Assembly (NCBI GenBank): GCA_965248195.1
Contig: CBDFIQ010000001.1
Coordinates: 448,001-512,000, forward strand
Origin: Longimicrobiales bacterium
GTDB taxonomy: Bacteria > Gemmatimonadota > Gemmatimonadetes > Longimicrobiales > Gaopeijiaceae
Direction of reading: 5' to 3'
Length of the DNA stretch: 64,000 bases
In this document: in pieces, positions 1 to 10,518 of the stretch
Numbering within the stretch: the stretch's first letter is position 1
Layout of the letters: the number at the start of each line of letters is the position of its first letter
Notes under the pieces: model-generated
Database searches by the model: none
Told to the model about the DNA's origin: nothing
What the model saw: only the letters and a program-made list of their open reading frames with translations
Made by a program: the position numbers and the translations under genes

Positions 1-70
1 CACGATTGTGCGTGAACTGGGCGAGGGCGGCATGGCGACGGTGTATCTGGCGGACGACCTCCGGCAATAA
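1..70 (+). pseudogene. 5' stub of Hanks-type Ser/Thr protein kinase gene (runs off window start)
   Basis: Frame 2 reads TIVRELGEGGMATVYLADDLRQ* (Gly-rich ATP loop), then TAA at 68-70. Confidence 0.8.
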
Positions 71-111
71 GAACTCATCCATACTACAAGCCCCACTCAG
101 GACTCAACGTC

Positions 112-1239
112 ATGAAGGCACTTGCACGGTTTTTGACCCTAGTCCTCCTTCTGGGTAGTGGTCTTCCCTCAAGGACAAGCGCCCAGAGTCGTACCTTCGT
201 TGCCACGGACCGGAACACACTGGGTACCGCGATCGAACGCTCCGCCTCCCTTTCTTTCGGAGACGTGGATATGGACGGAGATCTAGACGTTGTCGTGGCG
301 AACGGACGCCATTGGCCCGAACAGAATGAGGTCTTCTTCAATACTGGTACCGGGGTCTTCCTGCTTTCCCGGCCAATAGGAACCGACTTCGCCAGTTCCT
401 ATTCGACACCGCTTGCCGACCTCGACGGAGACGGTGACCTGGACGTGGCCGTCGGGAATGATCGGGTTAGGAAGATGATTCTCCTCAACGATGGAGCCGG
501 GTATTTCTCTCCCGCAGGGTCCTTTGGCCGTGAAGCGAGCACACGGAGCCTTACACTGGCCGACCTCGACGGCGATGGCCATACCGACATCCTCGTCACG
601 AACCGGGGACAGCAGAACGCAATCTATTTCAACGATGGGAGGGCGGGTTTCGAGCGATCTGAGCCCTTTGGCTCCGACGACGATTCGACTATCGACGTCG
701 TGGCTATCGATATGGATAGGGATGGGGATCTCGACTTGGTACTGGCCAACCGCGACGGCCAGCCGAACTTCGTTTACCTGAACGACGGAGACGCAACGTT
801 CCCCGAACGGGTCCCTTTCGGAACTGGGAGCGACGAAACTCGTGGTGTCGCGGTGGCGGATCTCAACGCTGACGGCCTTCTCGACATTGTGACTGCCAAT
901 ATTGGGGAAGCCAACGGCGTCTACCTGAATGACGGAACCGGGGGATTTGGAGAGCCCATCTTCTTTGGTCGTCCCGAGGGAGAAAGCTATACGGTAGCGG
1001 TCGCGGACATGGACCTCGATGGAGATATCGACATCGTGATCGGAAATGTGGGAATGGAAAACGCTGTCTTCTTCAAAGACGACTCGGGCCACGATTTCCA
1101 CGAGGTCCGTTTCGGGGACCCCAACCACATCACATATGGAGTAGCGGTCGGGGATCTTAATGGGGATGGCTTCCCTGACATTGGTGTGGCCAACTCCGAC
1201 GGACCCAATCTCGTTTACCTGAATCGGCCTGGGCGCTAG
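112..1239 (+). CDS. Secreted FG-GAP/VCBS repeat protein
   Basis: Signal peptide and ~7 DxDGDGDxD-type repeats. Confidence 0.9.
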   Translation: MKALARFLTLVLLLGSGLPSRTSAQSRTFVATDRNTLGTAIERSASLSFGDVDMDGDLDVVVANGRHWPEQNEVFFNTGTGVFLLSRPIGTDFASSYSTPLADLDGDGDLDVAVGNDRVRKMILLNDGAGYFSPAGSFGREASTRSLTLADLDGDGHTDILVTNRGQQNAIYFNDGRAGFERSEPFGSDDDSTIDVVAIDMDRDGDLDLVLANRDGQPNFVYLNDGDATFPERVPFGTGSDETRGVAVADLNADGLLDIVTANIGEANGVYLNDGTGGFGEPIFFGRPEGESYTVAVADMDLDGDIDIVIGNVGMENAVFFKDDSGHDFHEVRFGDPNHITYGVAVGDLNGDGFPDIGVANSDGPNLVYLNRPGR

Positions 1240-1280
1240 GCCCTTGGCGCCCCATACGCCTTAGACGCATCTTGTCCGCC

Positions 1281-1349
1281 ATGACTGATCCCGTCGCCCG
1301 TCTCAACGCAGCCCTCGAAGGCCGCTACACGATCGAGCGTGAGGTATGA
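1281..1349 (+). pseudogene. 5' stub of Ser/Thr kinase gene (22 codons)
   Basis: MTDPVARLNAALEGRYTIEREV*; its TGA overlaps the ATG of the next gene (ATGA); homologous to 3525-3659. Confidence 0.75.
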
Positions 1350-1652
1350 CCGATCGGCAAGTGCTTTTTGGGGTGGCATCGCTCGGGATCGTTCTTTCAT
1401 GCAGCTCCGCCGTATCTGCCGAGCCGGGAGAGGCGCGTATGCTGGTCTTCTCTAAGACCGCAGGGTTTCGGCATGCATCCATCGAGCCTGGGATCGCGGC
1501 TCTCGGGCAACTCGCCGCCGCCGCTGGCTTCCAGCTAGATACCACGGAGGACGGAGACGCGTTCACCCCTGCGAACTTGAGGCGCTACCAAGCGGTCGTC
1601 TTTCTATCGACGACGGGAGACATCTTGGACGAACCGCAGCAGCTCGCCTTGT

Positions 1653-3028
1653 GGTCAAGTCCCGATTTGTGTGTAAAAGCGGAGGAAGCTCCTCGCCTTC
1701 GGCTAGGCTGCTTGGGCGACCTCCTGTTTCTGGAGGAGTGAGAGGTCGAGGTAACGCCGGTCGCCCCAGACGTGTGTGGTCCTGAGTGCGACGGCCGTGA
1801 TGAGCCTGAGGGCGCTGGCCCGGTCCGGGAAGGCGCCGGCGGCCTTGATCCTGCGTTTGATCTCGCCGTGCAGCCGCTCGAGGCTGTTGGTGGTACGCAG
1901 CCGGGGCCAGTGCGCCTCGGGGAACGCGTAGAACTGCGTCGCTGCCCCGAAGCCCCGCTCCAGGACCTCCACGGCCTCGGGCAGCTCCTTCTTCCAGCGT
2001 GCGCCGAACTCGCCCAGGAGCTTCTTCGCCTCGGCGAGTCCGGATGTCTGGAAGATCACCGAGACCTCACGCGCCACGCGCTTGCGTAAGCGGTGGGGGA
2101 CCCTCGCCCCCACATTACGCTGCAGATGGACCGTACACCTCTGACGGCGTGCCTCGGGCAGGAAGCGGCGGACCGCAGCTGCCAGGCCTGCGTGCTCATC
2201 GGCGATCACGAGCTCGACACCGCCGAGGCCGCGGTCCTGGAGTTGCTCGAGGAGCTCCGACCAGCTCTGCTGCGACTCCTCAGCGCCCAGCGTGACGGCC
2301 AGGAGCCGTCGGTGACCCTCAGGGCCCACTGCATACGCCACGAGCGCACTCACGTTCTCGACTTTGCGGGCCCAGCGGGCGTCCAAGAACGTGGCGTCCA
2401 GGTACAGATAGGGGTGAGGCCCCTCGATCGGCGCACGGCGCAGCCCTTCCACGGCCTCGTCGAGCCGTTTTGCCACACGACTCACCGTCGAGCGCCCAAC
2501 ACGCTCGCCCATCAGCGCCTCGGTGACGTCGCCCATCTTGCGCTGTGACACGCCGCTCACATACGCCTCGACCATCATCTCGTCGAGCTCGGGGCTCCTG
2601 CGCTGGTAGCGGCCGATCACGTCGGCCGGCGAACCGTTGTCCCGGCTCCGGGGCATGGCGACCTCGATCTGCCCCAGGCTCGTCAGCAGCCGCCTCAGGT
2701 ATGTGCCGTTCCTATGGTCCTTCCGGCTTCCCACCCGCTCGAAGCGGCGTGCACCTACCATGGCCTTCAGCTCCTCTTCCAGCACCATCTCGAGCGTCAG
2801 CCGGATCGCGCCTTGAAACAGCTCGCGCAAATCATCGCGTAGCTCGTCTTGCGTGGCCCGACCGATCTCCACAATCTCTTGCATCGGAAGCTCCTCTCCG
2901 GTTCCGAGCCTGCTCTGCAGACCCGGACTCCCGGGTTCATGTGACAGTGAACAACAACAGAGGAGCTTCCGTTTTTCTTTCCCTCCTGTCCAGCTTATCC
3001 GCTTTTACACAAATCTAGGGACACTACC
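1653..3028 (-). mobile_element. IS256-family IS, copy 1 (1376 bp)
   Basis: Imperfect terminal IRs GGTCAAGTCCCGATTTGTGTGTAAAAGCGG / GGTAGTGTCCCTAGATTTGTGTAAAAGCGG; 8-bp TSD CGCCTTGT. Confidence 0.95.
1703..2884 (-). CDS. IS256-family (Mutator-type DDE) transposase
   Basis: 393 aa; YLYLDA, IADEH, QRCTVH, RTTNSLERLHGEIKRR motifs. Confidence 0.95.
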   Translation of the reverse strand: MQEIVEIGRATQDELRDDLRELFQGAIRLTLEMVLEEELKAMVGARRFERVGSRKDHRNGTYLRRLLTSLGQIEVAMPRSRDNGSPADVIGRYQRRSPELDEMMVEAYVSGVSQRKMGDVTEALMGERVGRSTVSRVAKRLDEAVEGLRRAPIEGPHPYLYLDATFLDARWARKVENVSALVAYAVGPEGHRRLLAVTLGAEESQQSWSELLEQLQDRGLGGVELVIADEHAGLAAAVRRFLPEARRQRCTVHLQRNVGARVPHRLRKRVAREVSVIFQTSGLAEAKKLLGEFGARWKKELPEAVEVLERGFGAATQFYAFPEAHWPRLRTTNSLERLHGEIKRRIKAAGAFPDRASALRLITAVALRTTHVWGDRRYLDLSLLQKQEVAQAA

Positions 3029-3524
3029 CGCCTTGTCGGAGTTCGTTCGGGCAGGCGGTGGATTCGTCGGCGTACACTCCGCCAGTGACACTGAGTACGA
3101 CTGGCCGTGGTACGGGCAGCTCGTGGGCGCGTACTTCGACGGGCATCCGAGCAATCCGAACGTGCGGACCGGGAGGCTGCTGGTTGTGATGCCGGATCAC
3201 CCCGCGACGGCGTCGCTTCCCGGCACGTGGATTCGATCGGACGAGTGGTACGATTTACGAGACCTCCAAGCCGGATTGTCGATTCTCCTGGAGGTCGATG
3301 AGCTCAGCTACAAAACGCCCGAGGAGAACCCTCTACCGGATCCGCGTCCGATCGCTTGGTTCAGGGAGTTCGACGGGGGTCGTACGTTCTATACAGCACT
3401 CGGGCATACGGTGGAGAGCTATGCCGATCCGCTCTTCCTAGAGCACGTTTGGGGCGGACTCACATGGGTGCTGGGCCAATGAGCAGACGGTCAACTCCTC
3501 TTGTGGTGTCCACGTAGGGCCGCC

Positions 3525-3659
3525 ATGACCGACCCCATCACCCGCCTGAACACAGCCCTCGAAGGCCGCTACGCCATCGAGCGTGAGCTAGGTGAAGGCG
3601 GCATGGCGACGGTCTACCTGGCTGATGACCTCAAGCATGAGCGTAAGGTCGCGCTGAAG
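3525..3659 (+). pseudogene. 5' stub of Ser/Thr kinase gene (45 codons)
   Basis: MTDPITRLNTALEGRYAIERELGEGGMATVYLADDLKHERKVALK (subdomains I-II); continues in frame into the unrelated ORF starting at 3717. Confidence 0.85.
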
Positions 3660-3716
3660 GGGGTCCACCAGCGATCCGGATGTCCAGAGCGTGGGTATGC
3701 CCGAACAGGAGGGCTC

Positions 3717-4306
3717 ATGACCAGGGCCACACCCTTCCTTGTGGCACTCCTGCTCACTCTCCCCTCGGGGGGTTCATCGCAGGCTGCCCCGAGTCCCGGC
3801 GACCGCGTCCGCGTCCGGCAGTTAGACGGAGCCGTTCTCACGGGCACGCTCGCCACTTTCTCGAGCGAAGGTATACAACTATCCATCGATTCCGTCAGCC
3901 CGCCGGTGGAGGTCCCCGTATCAGCGATCGAGGCCCTGGAGGCCAGCCTATCCGAGTCCGGGCTGCGGATGCATTGAGGATGGAGGGTGTGTTCGTAGCC
4001 TTCGAAGGGCAGGATTTGCTCGTGAGCACCAGCCAGGTGGAGCCGGACCAGCGCGTTCCCGTCGATCGACTGCAAGCCCTGTGGGTACAAGAGCGAGCTA
4101 CCCGGAAGGGTGCTGTGATCGGCGGAATGATGGGGGCCGTTCTCGGATTAGGGGTAGGCTACTACGGTCGGGAGTACGTCCTAGACCCCGGGGAATTCGA
4201 TGGCGGCGATCTGGTAGCCATCACGGTGGTGGGAGCGGGTTTGGGGGCGGTCCCCGGAGCGTTGATAGGTTATCTGGTGCGGGGGTGGTCCCCCGTTTGG
4301 CCGTAA
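3717..4306 (+). pseudogene. Exported hypothetical protein, frameshifted or chimeric
   Basis: Signal peptide and PGDRVRV domain in one frame; Gly-rich membrane C-terminus (..GWSPVWP) in another frame after ~3940. Confidence 0.5.
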
Positions 4307-4356
4307 GCACAGGGTCCTCCGAAGGCTCGGGACGCCGTTCGTGATCGTCACCAACT

Positions 4357-5732
4357 GGTCAAGTCCCGATTTGTGTGTAAAAGCGGAGGAAGCTCCTCGC
4401 CTTCGGCTAGGCTGCTTGGGCGACCTCCTGTTTCTGGAGGAGTGAGAGGTCGAGGTAACGCCGGTCGCCCCAGACGTGTGTGGTCCTGAGTGCGACGGCC
4501 GTGATGAGCCTGAGGGCGCTGGCCCGGTCCGGGAAGGCGCCGGCGGCCTTGATCCTGCGTTTGATCTCGCCGTGCAGCCGCTCGAGGCTGTTGGTGGTAC
4601 GCAGCCGGGGCCAGTGCGCCTCGGGGAACGCGTAGAACTGCGTCGCTGCCCCGAAGCCCCGCTCCAGGACCTCCACGGCCTCGGGCAGCTCCTTCTTCCA
4701 GCGTGCGCCGAACTCGCCCAGGAGCTTCTTCGCCTCGGCGAGTCCGGATGTCTGGAAGATCACCGAGACCTCACGCGCCACGCGCTTGCGTAGGCGGTGG
4801 GGGACCCTCGCCCCCACATTACGCTGCAGATGGACCGTACACCTCTGACGGCGTGCCTCGGGCAGGAAGCGGCGGACCGCAGCTGCCAGGCCTGCGTGCT
4901 CATCGGCGATCACGAGCTCGACACCGCCGAGGCCGCGGTCCTGGAGTTGCTCGAGGAGCTCCGACCAGCTCTGCTGCGACTCCTCAGCGCCCAGCGTGAC
5001 GGCCAGGAGCCGTCGGTGACCCTCAGGGCCCACTGCATACGCCACGAGCGCACTCACGTTCTCGACTTTGCGGGCCCAGCGGGCGTCCAAGAACGTGGCG
5101 TCCAGGTACAGATAGGGGTGAGGCCCCTCGATCGGCGCACGGCGCAGCCCTTCCACGGCCTCGTCGAGCCGTTTTGCCACACGACTCACCGTCGAGCGCC
5201 CAACACGCTCGCCCATCAGCGCCTCGGTGACGTCGCCCATCTTGCGCTGTGACACGCCGCTCACATACGCCTCGACCATCATCTCGTCGAGCTCGGGGCT
5301 CCTGCGCTGGTAGCGGCCGATCACGTCGGCCGGCGAACCGTTGTCCCGGCTCCGGGGCATGGCGACCTCGATCTGCCCCAGGCTCGTCAGCAGCCGCCTC
5401 AGGTATGTGCCGTTCCTATGGTCCTTCCGGCTTCCCACCCGCTCGAAGCGGCGTGCACCTACCATGGCCTTCAGCTCCTCTTCCAGCACCATCTCGAGCG
5501 TCAGCCGGATCGCGCCTTGAAACAGCTCGCGCAAATCATCGCGTAGCTCGTCTTGCGTGGCCCGACCGATCTCCACAATCTCTTGCATCGGAAGCTCCTC
5601 TCCGGTTCCGAGCCTGCTCTGCAGACCCGGACTCCCGGGTTCATGTGACAGTGAACAACAACAGAGGAGCTTCCGTTTTTCTTTCCCTCCTGTCCAGCTT
5701 ATCCGCTTTTACACAAATCTAGGGACACTACC
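4357..5732 (-). mobile_element. IS256-family IS, copy 2
   Basis: Same IRs as copy 1, 1376 bp, TSD CACCAACT. Confidence 0.95.
4407..5588 (-). CDS. IS256-family transposase
   Basis: Identical protein to copy 1. Confidence 0.95.
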   Translation of the reverse strand: MQEIVEIGRATQDELRDDLRELFQGAIRLTLEMVLEEELKAMVGARRFERVGSRKDHRNGTYLRRLLTSLGQIEVAMPRSRDNGSPADVIGRYQRRSPELDEMMVEAYVSGVSQRKMGDVTEALMGERVGRSTVSRVAKRLDEAVEGLRRAPIEGPHPYLYLDATFLDARWARKVENVSALVAYAVGPEGHRRLLAVTLGAEESQQSWSELLEQLQDRGLGGVELVIADEHAGLAAAVRRFLPEARRQRCTVHLQRNVGARVPHRLRKRVAREVSVIFQTSGLAEAKKLLGEFGARWKKELPEAVEVLERGFGAATQFYAFPEAHWPRLRTTNSLERLHGEIKRRIKAAGAFPDRASALRLITAVALRTTHVWGDRRYLDLSLLQKQEVAQAA

Positions 5733-5771
5733 CACCAACTGGTTCGAGGAGCTTCGCCAGCGGATGGGAAA

Positions 5772-6746
5772 TTGAAGGCTCAGATCCCCTGGCTTCGCGT
5801 CTTCGTGGAAGGCGTGGTGATCGTGGGCTCTATCCTGTTGGCGTTCGGGATTGTGGCGTGTTGGGACGACGTAGAGCTGGACCGAGAGCTGAACCAAGAA
5901 CTCCAGAATGTGGCGCGGGAGCTTGAGGAGAACCGGAGCAAGGCCCCAAGCTCAGCACTCTCGCAGACACCAGACCAGGCCCACATCCATGCGGGTGAGC
6001 CCGTGAGCTGCACGACGCTTGCGTCGCCGCCGTGGAGCGGATTGTCCGATACGGATCGCCTGCAAGTCGCTGCACTGCGACAGGCGATGTCCGAGCTCGA
6101 TACACCGGAAGCCGCCCGTGCCGCCGGGTTCAATCCTACATTGGGCGATATCCCCGGCATGGGCGTGCATTACGTGCACATGGGACGCAGCCTGGACGGT
6201 GTAAGGATCGATGCGCCGGACCACTTGATGTTCGCCAGCATCGATGACCGGGAGCAACTCGTCGGCGCGGCTTACGTGTTCATCGACGTGCCGGAAACCG
6301 AAGTGCCCATACCGTTCCAAAGCGACCTTGCCCGATGGCATGACCATCCCCAGTTCGCCGACCAGGGTCGGACCCTACACATGCTGCACGTCTGGTTCGT
6401 TCCGTCTTCGAACGGCCCGTTTGCCGGCCTCAACTTCTGGCTGCCCTACCGTACCGCGGGCATCGAGCCGCCTAGCTCGTGCTGGATGGCCGATGAGGCG
6501 GACGCCGATCGGATTCGGAACGTCTCGTTCGCGCTCGTGCCGCCGCGGTGGGGGGCAGCTGCCAGGGAACTGTTCGCGGAGCGGCAGGCGGTCCGAGGCG
6601 AGATGCTCGCCACATTGGACGCAGCCGCACGTGCCGTCGACCGCGATGCCTGGGTCGCGGCCGCAGACCGCTTCCTCGCCGATCTGACCGCATCCGAGCG
6701 CAGCACCCTCGAGGCTAGGCTCCGCGCTTCGACCATGGCCAGATGA
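5772..6746 (+). CDS. Hypothetical membrane-anchored protein
   Basis: N-terminal TM helix; His-rich motifs GMGVHY, WHDH, MLHVW. Confidence 0.7.
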   Translation: MKAQIPWLRVFVEGVVIVGSILLAFGIVACWDDVELDRELNQELQNVARELEENRSKAPSSALSQTPDQAHIHAGEPVSCTTLASPPWSGLSDTDRLQVAALRQAMSELDTPEAARAAGFNPTLGDIPGMGVHYVHMGRSLDGVRIDAPDHLMFASIDDREQLVGAAYVFIDVPETEVPIPFQSDLARWHDHPQFADQGRTLHMLHVWFVPSSNGPFAGLNFWLPYRTAGIEPPSSCWMADEADADRIRNVSFALVPPRWGAAARELFAERQAVRGEMLATLDAAARAVDRDAWVAAADRFLADLTASERSTLEARLRASTMAR

Positions 6747-6793
6747 CGTCGGCTGAGCGTGAGGCCGTCCAGAACTAGCTGCGTGCGAACGGC

Positions 6794-8611
6794 TCACCGC
6801 CCCAACACGTAGTTACTCTTCGCTGGACTCACGCCTCCGAACATCACCCCGCTTTCCGGATCGATCATCACCATCTTCACGGCACCAGCGCCCGACAATG
6901 ACATCCGATACGGTTGTTGTAGCGGTACCAATTCCACTCTGTGGCCTCGCCGGCCCAGGTCCTGGGCGATCACTTCTCGCATCGCTGCCGGCATGGTGAG
7001 CATGCCGCGCACCCGGTGGGGATAATTCGACCCGGCGAAGGCGCTGCTGGTGACCGTCGCGGCCTCGACCGCCTGCTGCACGTTCATGCCGAAGTGCACG
7101 ACCGCGAGAAACGCTTGCAGCATCGCTTGCGACTGGTTGTCTCCGCCTGGTGTGTTCCACGCCAGATACGGCTTCCCGTCCTTCAGTGCGAGCGCCGGGT
7201 TGACGGTATGTCGGGTGCGTTTTCCGGGAACGAGCTCGTTCACGTCTCCCTCGTCCAACGAGAAGTACGGCATGCGGTTGTTCAGAACGATGCCCGTCCC
7301 ATCCACGAACATGCCGCTGCCGAACGTGCCGTTCACGCTGTGAGTGACGGAGACGAGGTTGCCGAACTGGTCTGCGATGGAGAACGACGAGGTCTCGCCA
7401 ATTTCCGCGGGAGCCGATTCCGGCCGCGCCACGGGTTGTGATTGGGCTTGGTACTGTGCCGTTACGCCGTCCGCCACCGTGCGTGCCCTTCGTGGGTCGC
7501 CCGCAGGTGCCACCGTCATCGCGCGATCCATCCGGATCAGCTCGCGGCGCTCGGCCGCATAGTCCTTGGAGAGCAGCTCGTCCGTCGGCACGTCGGCGAA
7601 CTTGGGATCGGTCACGTACCGGTTTCGGTCGGCGAAGGCCAACTTCATCGCCTCGGTGACAACGTGCAGGTAGTCCGCCGAGTTGTGTCCCATTTCGACC
7701 AGATCGAACCCCTCGAGGATGTTGAGCGCGATGAGCATGACGATGCCCTGGGAGTTGGGCGCGCTCTGGTACACGTCCAGTCCGGCGTAAGCCGTCGATA
7801 TGGGAGAGGTCTCTTCGGCGTGGTAGCCCGCGAGGTCGGCGTACCGCAAGAGACCCCCCTCCCGCTCGTAGACGCTCCCGATGCGCCTGGCCAGGTAGCC
7901 GCGATAGAACACGTCTATCCCGCCGCGGGAAATGGCCTCCAGCGACCGGGCGAGGTCGCTCTGTACGAACACGTCACCGGCGCCAAGCGGCTGCCCCTGC
8001 GGCATGAGTACCGAGAGCGACGAGGGGTAGGGAGAGATCTTTTCTACTGCCCGCGTGTGGTACCCTGACGCCCAAAAGTCCACGGGGTGTCCATCGCGCG
8101 CAGCCCGAATGGCGGGTGCGAGCACCTCTGCATACTCCATCGTTCCGTATTCGCGAAGCGCCAGGTCGAACCCGCCCGCTGCGCCGGGAACGTCGGTCGC
8201 CAGGGGACCGGCGTCCGGGATCTCGCCCAACTCCGTGTAGTACTCGCGCGTTGCCAAAGCGGGTGCCGGCCCGGTGCCATTGATGAACACCACACGGTTC
8301 TCGGCGGCGAGATAGGCCAGGATGAACCCGTCCCCGCCGATGCCGGCCTGGTGCTGCTCCACCACCGTGGTCATGTAGAAAACCGCGGCGGCGGCATCGA
8401 ACGCGTTGCCGCCCGCCCGAAGGATCTCCATTCCGGCGATCGTCTCGAGGGGATGTTCCGCTGCCACCATCCCGAACGTGCCCATGACCACGGGGCGCCA
8501 GAACGGCCTCTCGTCTGGTTGTTGTGCCGTCAACCCGCCGACGTGGAGGGTGGTGGTCGACAGCAACATGGCTGACATCACACCAATCGTTGATATGCGT
8601 GACATGGTCAT
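6794..8611 (-). CDS. ggt: Gamma-glutamyltransferase family protein
   Basis: GGNAFDAA, AGIGGDGF, ETSSFSIAD (nucleophile Thr), PGKRTRHT, TPGGD motifs; RBS AAGGA before the ATG at 8611. Confidence 0.9.
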   Translation of the reverse strand: MTMSRISTIGVMSAMLLSTTTLHVGGLTAQQPDERPFWRPVVMGTFGMVAAEHPLETIAGMEILRAGGNAFDAAAAVFYMTTVVEQHQAGIGGDGFILAYLAAENRVVFINGTGPAPALATREYYTELGEIPDAGPLATDVPGAAGGFDLALREYGTMEYAEVLAPAIRAARDGHPVDFWASGYHTRAVEKISPYPSSLSVLMPQGQPLGAGDVFVQSDLARSLEAISRGGIDVFYRGYLARRIGSVYEREGGLLRYADLAGYHAEETSPISTAYAGLDVYQSAPNSQGIVMLIALNILEGFDLVEMGHNSADYLHVVTEAMKLAFADRNRYVTDPKFADVPTDELLSKDYAAERRELIRMDRAMTVAPAGDPRRARTVADGVTAQYQAQSQPVARPESAPAEIGETSSFSIADQFGNLVSVTHSVNGTFGSGMFVDGTGIVLNNRMPYFSLDEGDVNELVPGKRTRHTVNPALALKDGKPYLAWNTPGGDNQSQAMLQAFLAVVHFGMNVQQAVEAATVTSSAFAGSNYPHRVRGMLTMPAAMREVIAQDLGRRGHRVELVPLQQPYRMSLSGAGAVKMVMIDPESGVMFGGVSPAKSNYVLGR

Positions 8612-8887
8612 CCGTCCTTGGATAGTGACTCCGTCATTGGCGAGACCCTCCCCTTGCGAGGCACGACTCCAGGGCAACGTGCTGCTAGCCGTTCGCCCAT
8701 GCAAGGATGCGACGAGGGGATGCGTGGATGGGCAACGGGTGAGACCATCGACCGGCTTACCCAGCTATTGACTCCACCTCTCTGGGCCCCTAACTGCTCA
8801 ATGCAGCTTGCGCAGCCCGTAAGACTGCCTACGTGACCATCGGTCGGCGCCTAGGCTTTCCGTGACCCCGACACTCGAGGCAATCCC

Positions 8888-10252
8888 TTGATCCGACGCA
8901 CGACGCTCGTCATCACGGCGCTTCTGGGGGCGGCGTTCAGCGCGATGGACGCCGTAGGCCAGAGTACGTATGTCCTCACGGCGGGACGGCGCCTTCCGTA
9001 CCTGTACGCCATTTCGCTCGATGCCGCGCTCGATCCGGCGAACGACAACACGTCGAACGCGATCGTCAGTCGTAGCAAAGTCGCGATGGACCGATTGGAT
9101 GGTCAGCTACTCGGCGATCCGGCCAATCTGATCGTGAGTGAGGACGGCCGCACGGTCTACGTGGTGAATCACCATGGCGCCATCGATAACTCGGAGTTCA
9201 GACAACACGGTGGCCGCGGACAGATCGCGGTGCTCGACGTGGACGAGGTCCTCGATCCGCAGAACGACGGGACGGCCAACGCACTGGTGCGCCACATGGA
9301 CTCCGGCGGCTTCGGAGCGCTCGGCGTGGTGCTCCTGCCGGACATGCTCATCATCGGCAACGCCGAGAACAACCTGACGGAGGACGGCGGCAATCGTATC
9401 AACTTCGTCGACCGGCGAACCGGTAGCCTCCGCGGCACCGTGGAGTTGGCGCTGGGCTCGCCGGGATTCGACTGTCCGGACTACCCGGTGCCTTACGTCT
9501 CACCTTACGGGCCGCCCAGGAATCTGGCGGTGCTCTCCCCGGATCCGAGCTGGGGATGCTTCCCCGACCCGAACGGATTGGCGCTGGGACGCGCCAGCGA
9601 TGGACGCGCGTACGTGTTCTCCGCGAACGGCGGTACGGGCGACGTGTCGGTGATCGACCTCGCCCGCGCTCTCGATGGGGACCCCTTCGCGGAGATCGGC
9701 CGTATCCCGACCCAGGTCGGTCCATGGGGCATCACGGCGACCCCCGACGGGCGCCACATCATCGTGGCGAACGGAGGGAGCCAACGCGAACGCCGGGCGG
9801 GCAACATGCTTTCGATCATCGACGTCGACCGGGCAAGCGCGGGCGCCGGTGACGCCGAGGTCGCGCGCATCTTGGTCGGCACGGATGATCCGCAAGAGCA
9901 GACACATCCGCTGATACCGTCCGTCACCCCGGACGGCCGCGAGGTGATCGTCCCCAATATCCGCACGGACAACGTGTCGATCGTGGACCTCGAGTTGGCG
10001 CTCTCCGGCGATCCCGACGCCGAGGTCGCGCGCATCCCGCTCGTTCGGACCGACGGACGGCCCGCCCGCCCGAAGGGTTCGGCGATCACCTCCGATGGCA
10101 GGTATGCCGTGATCAGCGCGGGACCCTCATCGCGACCGTTCTCACAAGAGCTCGGTCACGTGTACGTGATCGATCTTCGATCACGCAGCGTAGTGGCCAC
10201 GGTGACCAGCGTGGGCAACGATCCTTACGGCCTGGCCCTGGTGTACAGGTAG
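8888..10252 (+). CDS. Secreted YncE/YVTN-type beta-propeller protein
   Basis: Signal peptide; repeated ..TPDGR..V.N....VS.ID blades. Confidence 0.8.
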   Translation: MIRRTTLVITALLGAAFSAMDAVGQSTYVLTAGRRLPYLYAISLDAALDPANDNTSNAIVSRSKVAMDRLDGQLLGDPANLIVSEDGRTVYVVNHHGAIDNSEFRQHGGRGQIAVLDVDEVLDPQNDGTANALVRHMDSGGFGALGVVLLPDMLIIGNAENNLTEDGGNRINFVDRRTGSLRGTVELALGSPGFDCPDYPVPYVSPYGPPRNLAVLSPDPSWGCFPDPNGLALGRASDGRAYVFSANGGTGDVSVIDLARALDGDPFAEIGRIPTQVGPWGITATPDGRHIIVANGGSQRERRAGNMLSIIDVDRASAGAGDAEVARILVGTDDPQEQTHPLIPSVTPDGREVIVPNIRTDNVSIVDLELALSGDPDAEVARIPLVRTDGRPARPKGSAITSDGRYAVISAGPSSRPFSQELGHVYVIDLRSRSVVATVTSVGNDPYGLALVYR

Positions 10253-10287
10253 CGAAGAGAGGGCAGAGCGGCTCGCCGGGTTACCAA

Positions 10288-10518
10288 GGCAAGGTCGGAA
10301 CGCTCGACCGTGTCGTGCGGCTCGTCCGTACCTTCGGCATGGTCAACGCCGTTCCGGACTTCGGGCAGCACCCACAGGTCATCAACGGGTGCAGCGACTT
10401 GTTGGCCGAGGTCTTCGGACCAGACGCGGGCAAGGGTACACGCGCAGCGGTAGGCATGGGGTCGCTACCGTTCGGCATGGCCGTAGAGGTCGAGACGTTC
10501 TGGGAGATTCGGACGTAA
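10288..10518 (+). pseudogene. RidA/YjgF family fragment
   Basis: GMVNAVPDFGQHPQVINGCSDLLAEVFG...RAAVGMGSLPFGMAVEVE; N-terminal half missing. Confidence 0.75.

Larger units (their letters stand above)
1346..3482 (+). pseudogene. ThuA-domain protein interrupted by IS256
   Basis: LVFSKTAGFRHASI...EPQQLAL joins in frame to SEFVRAGGGFVGVHSASDTEYDWPWY...GRTFYTALGH once the IS and one 8-bp TSD are removed. Confidence 0.9.
4341..5775 (+). pseudogene. 3' stub of kinase-type gene (VIVTNWFEELRQRMGN*), split by IS256 copy 2
   Basis: Reconstructed across TSD CACCAACT; NWFEEL is recalled as the usual C-terminus of kinase-PD40 repeat proteins (not searched). Confidence 0.55.

Noticed and set aside
1772..3018. 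Recurring small antisense ORFs inside IS copies
   Set aside because: These are shadow ORFs of GC-rich transposase genes, repeated only because the IS is repeated.
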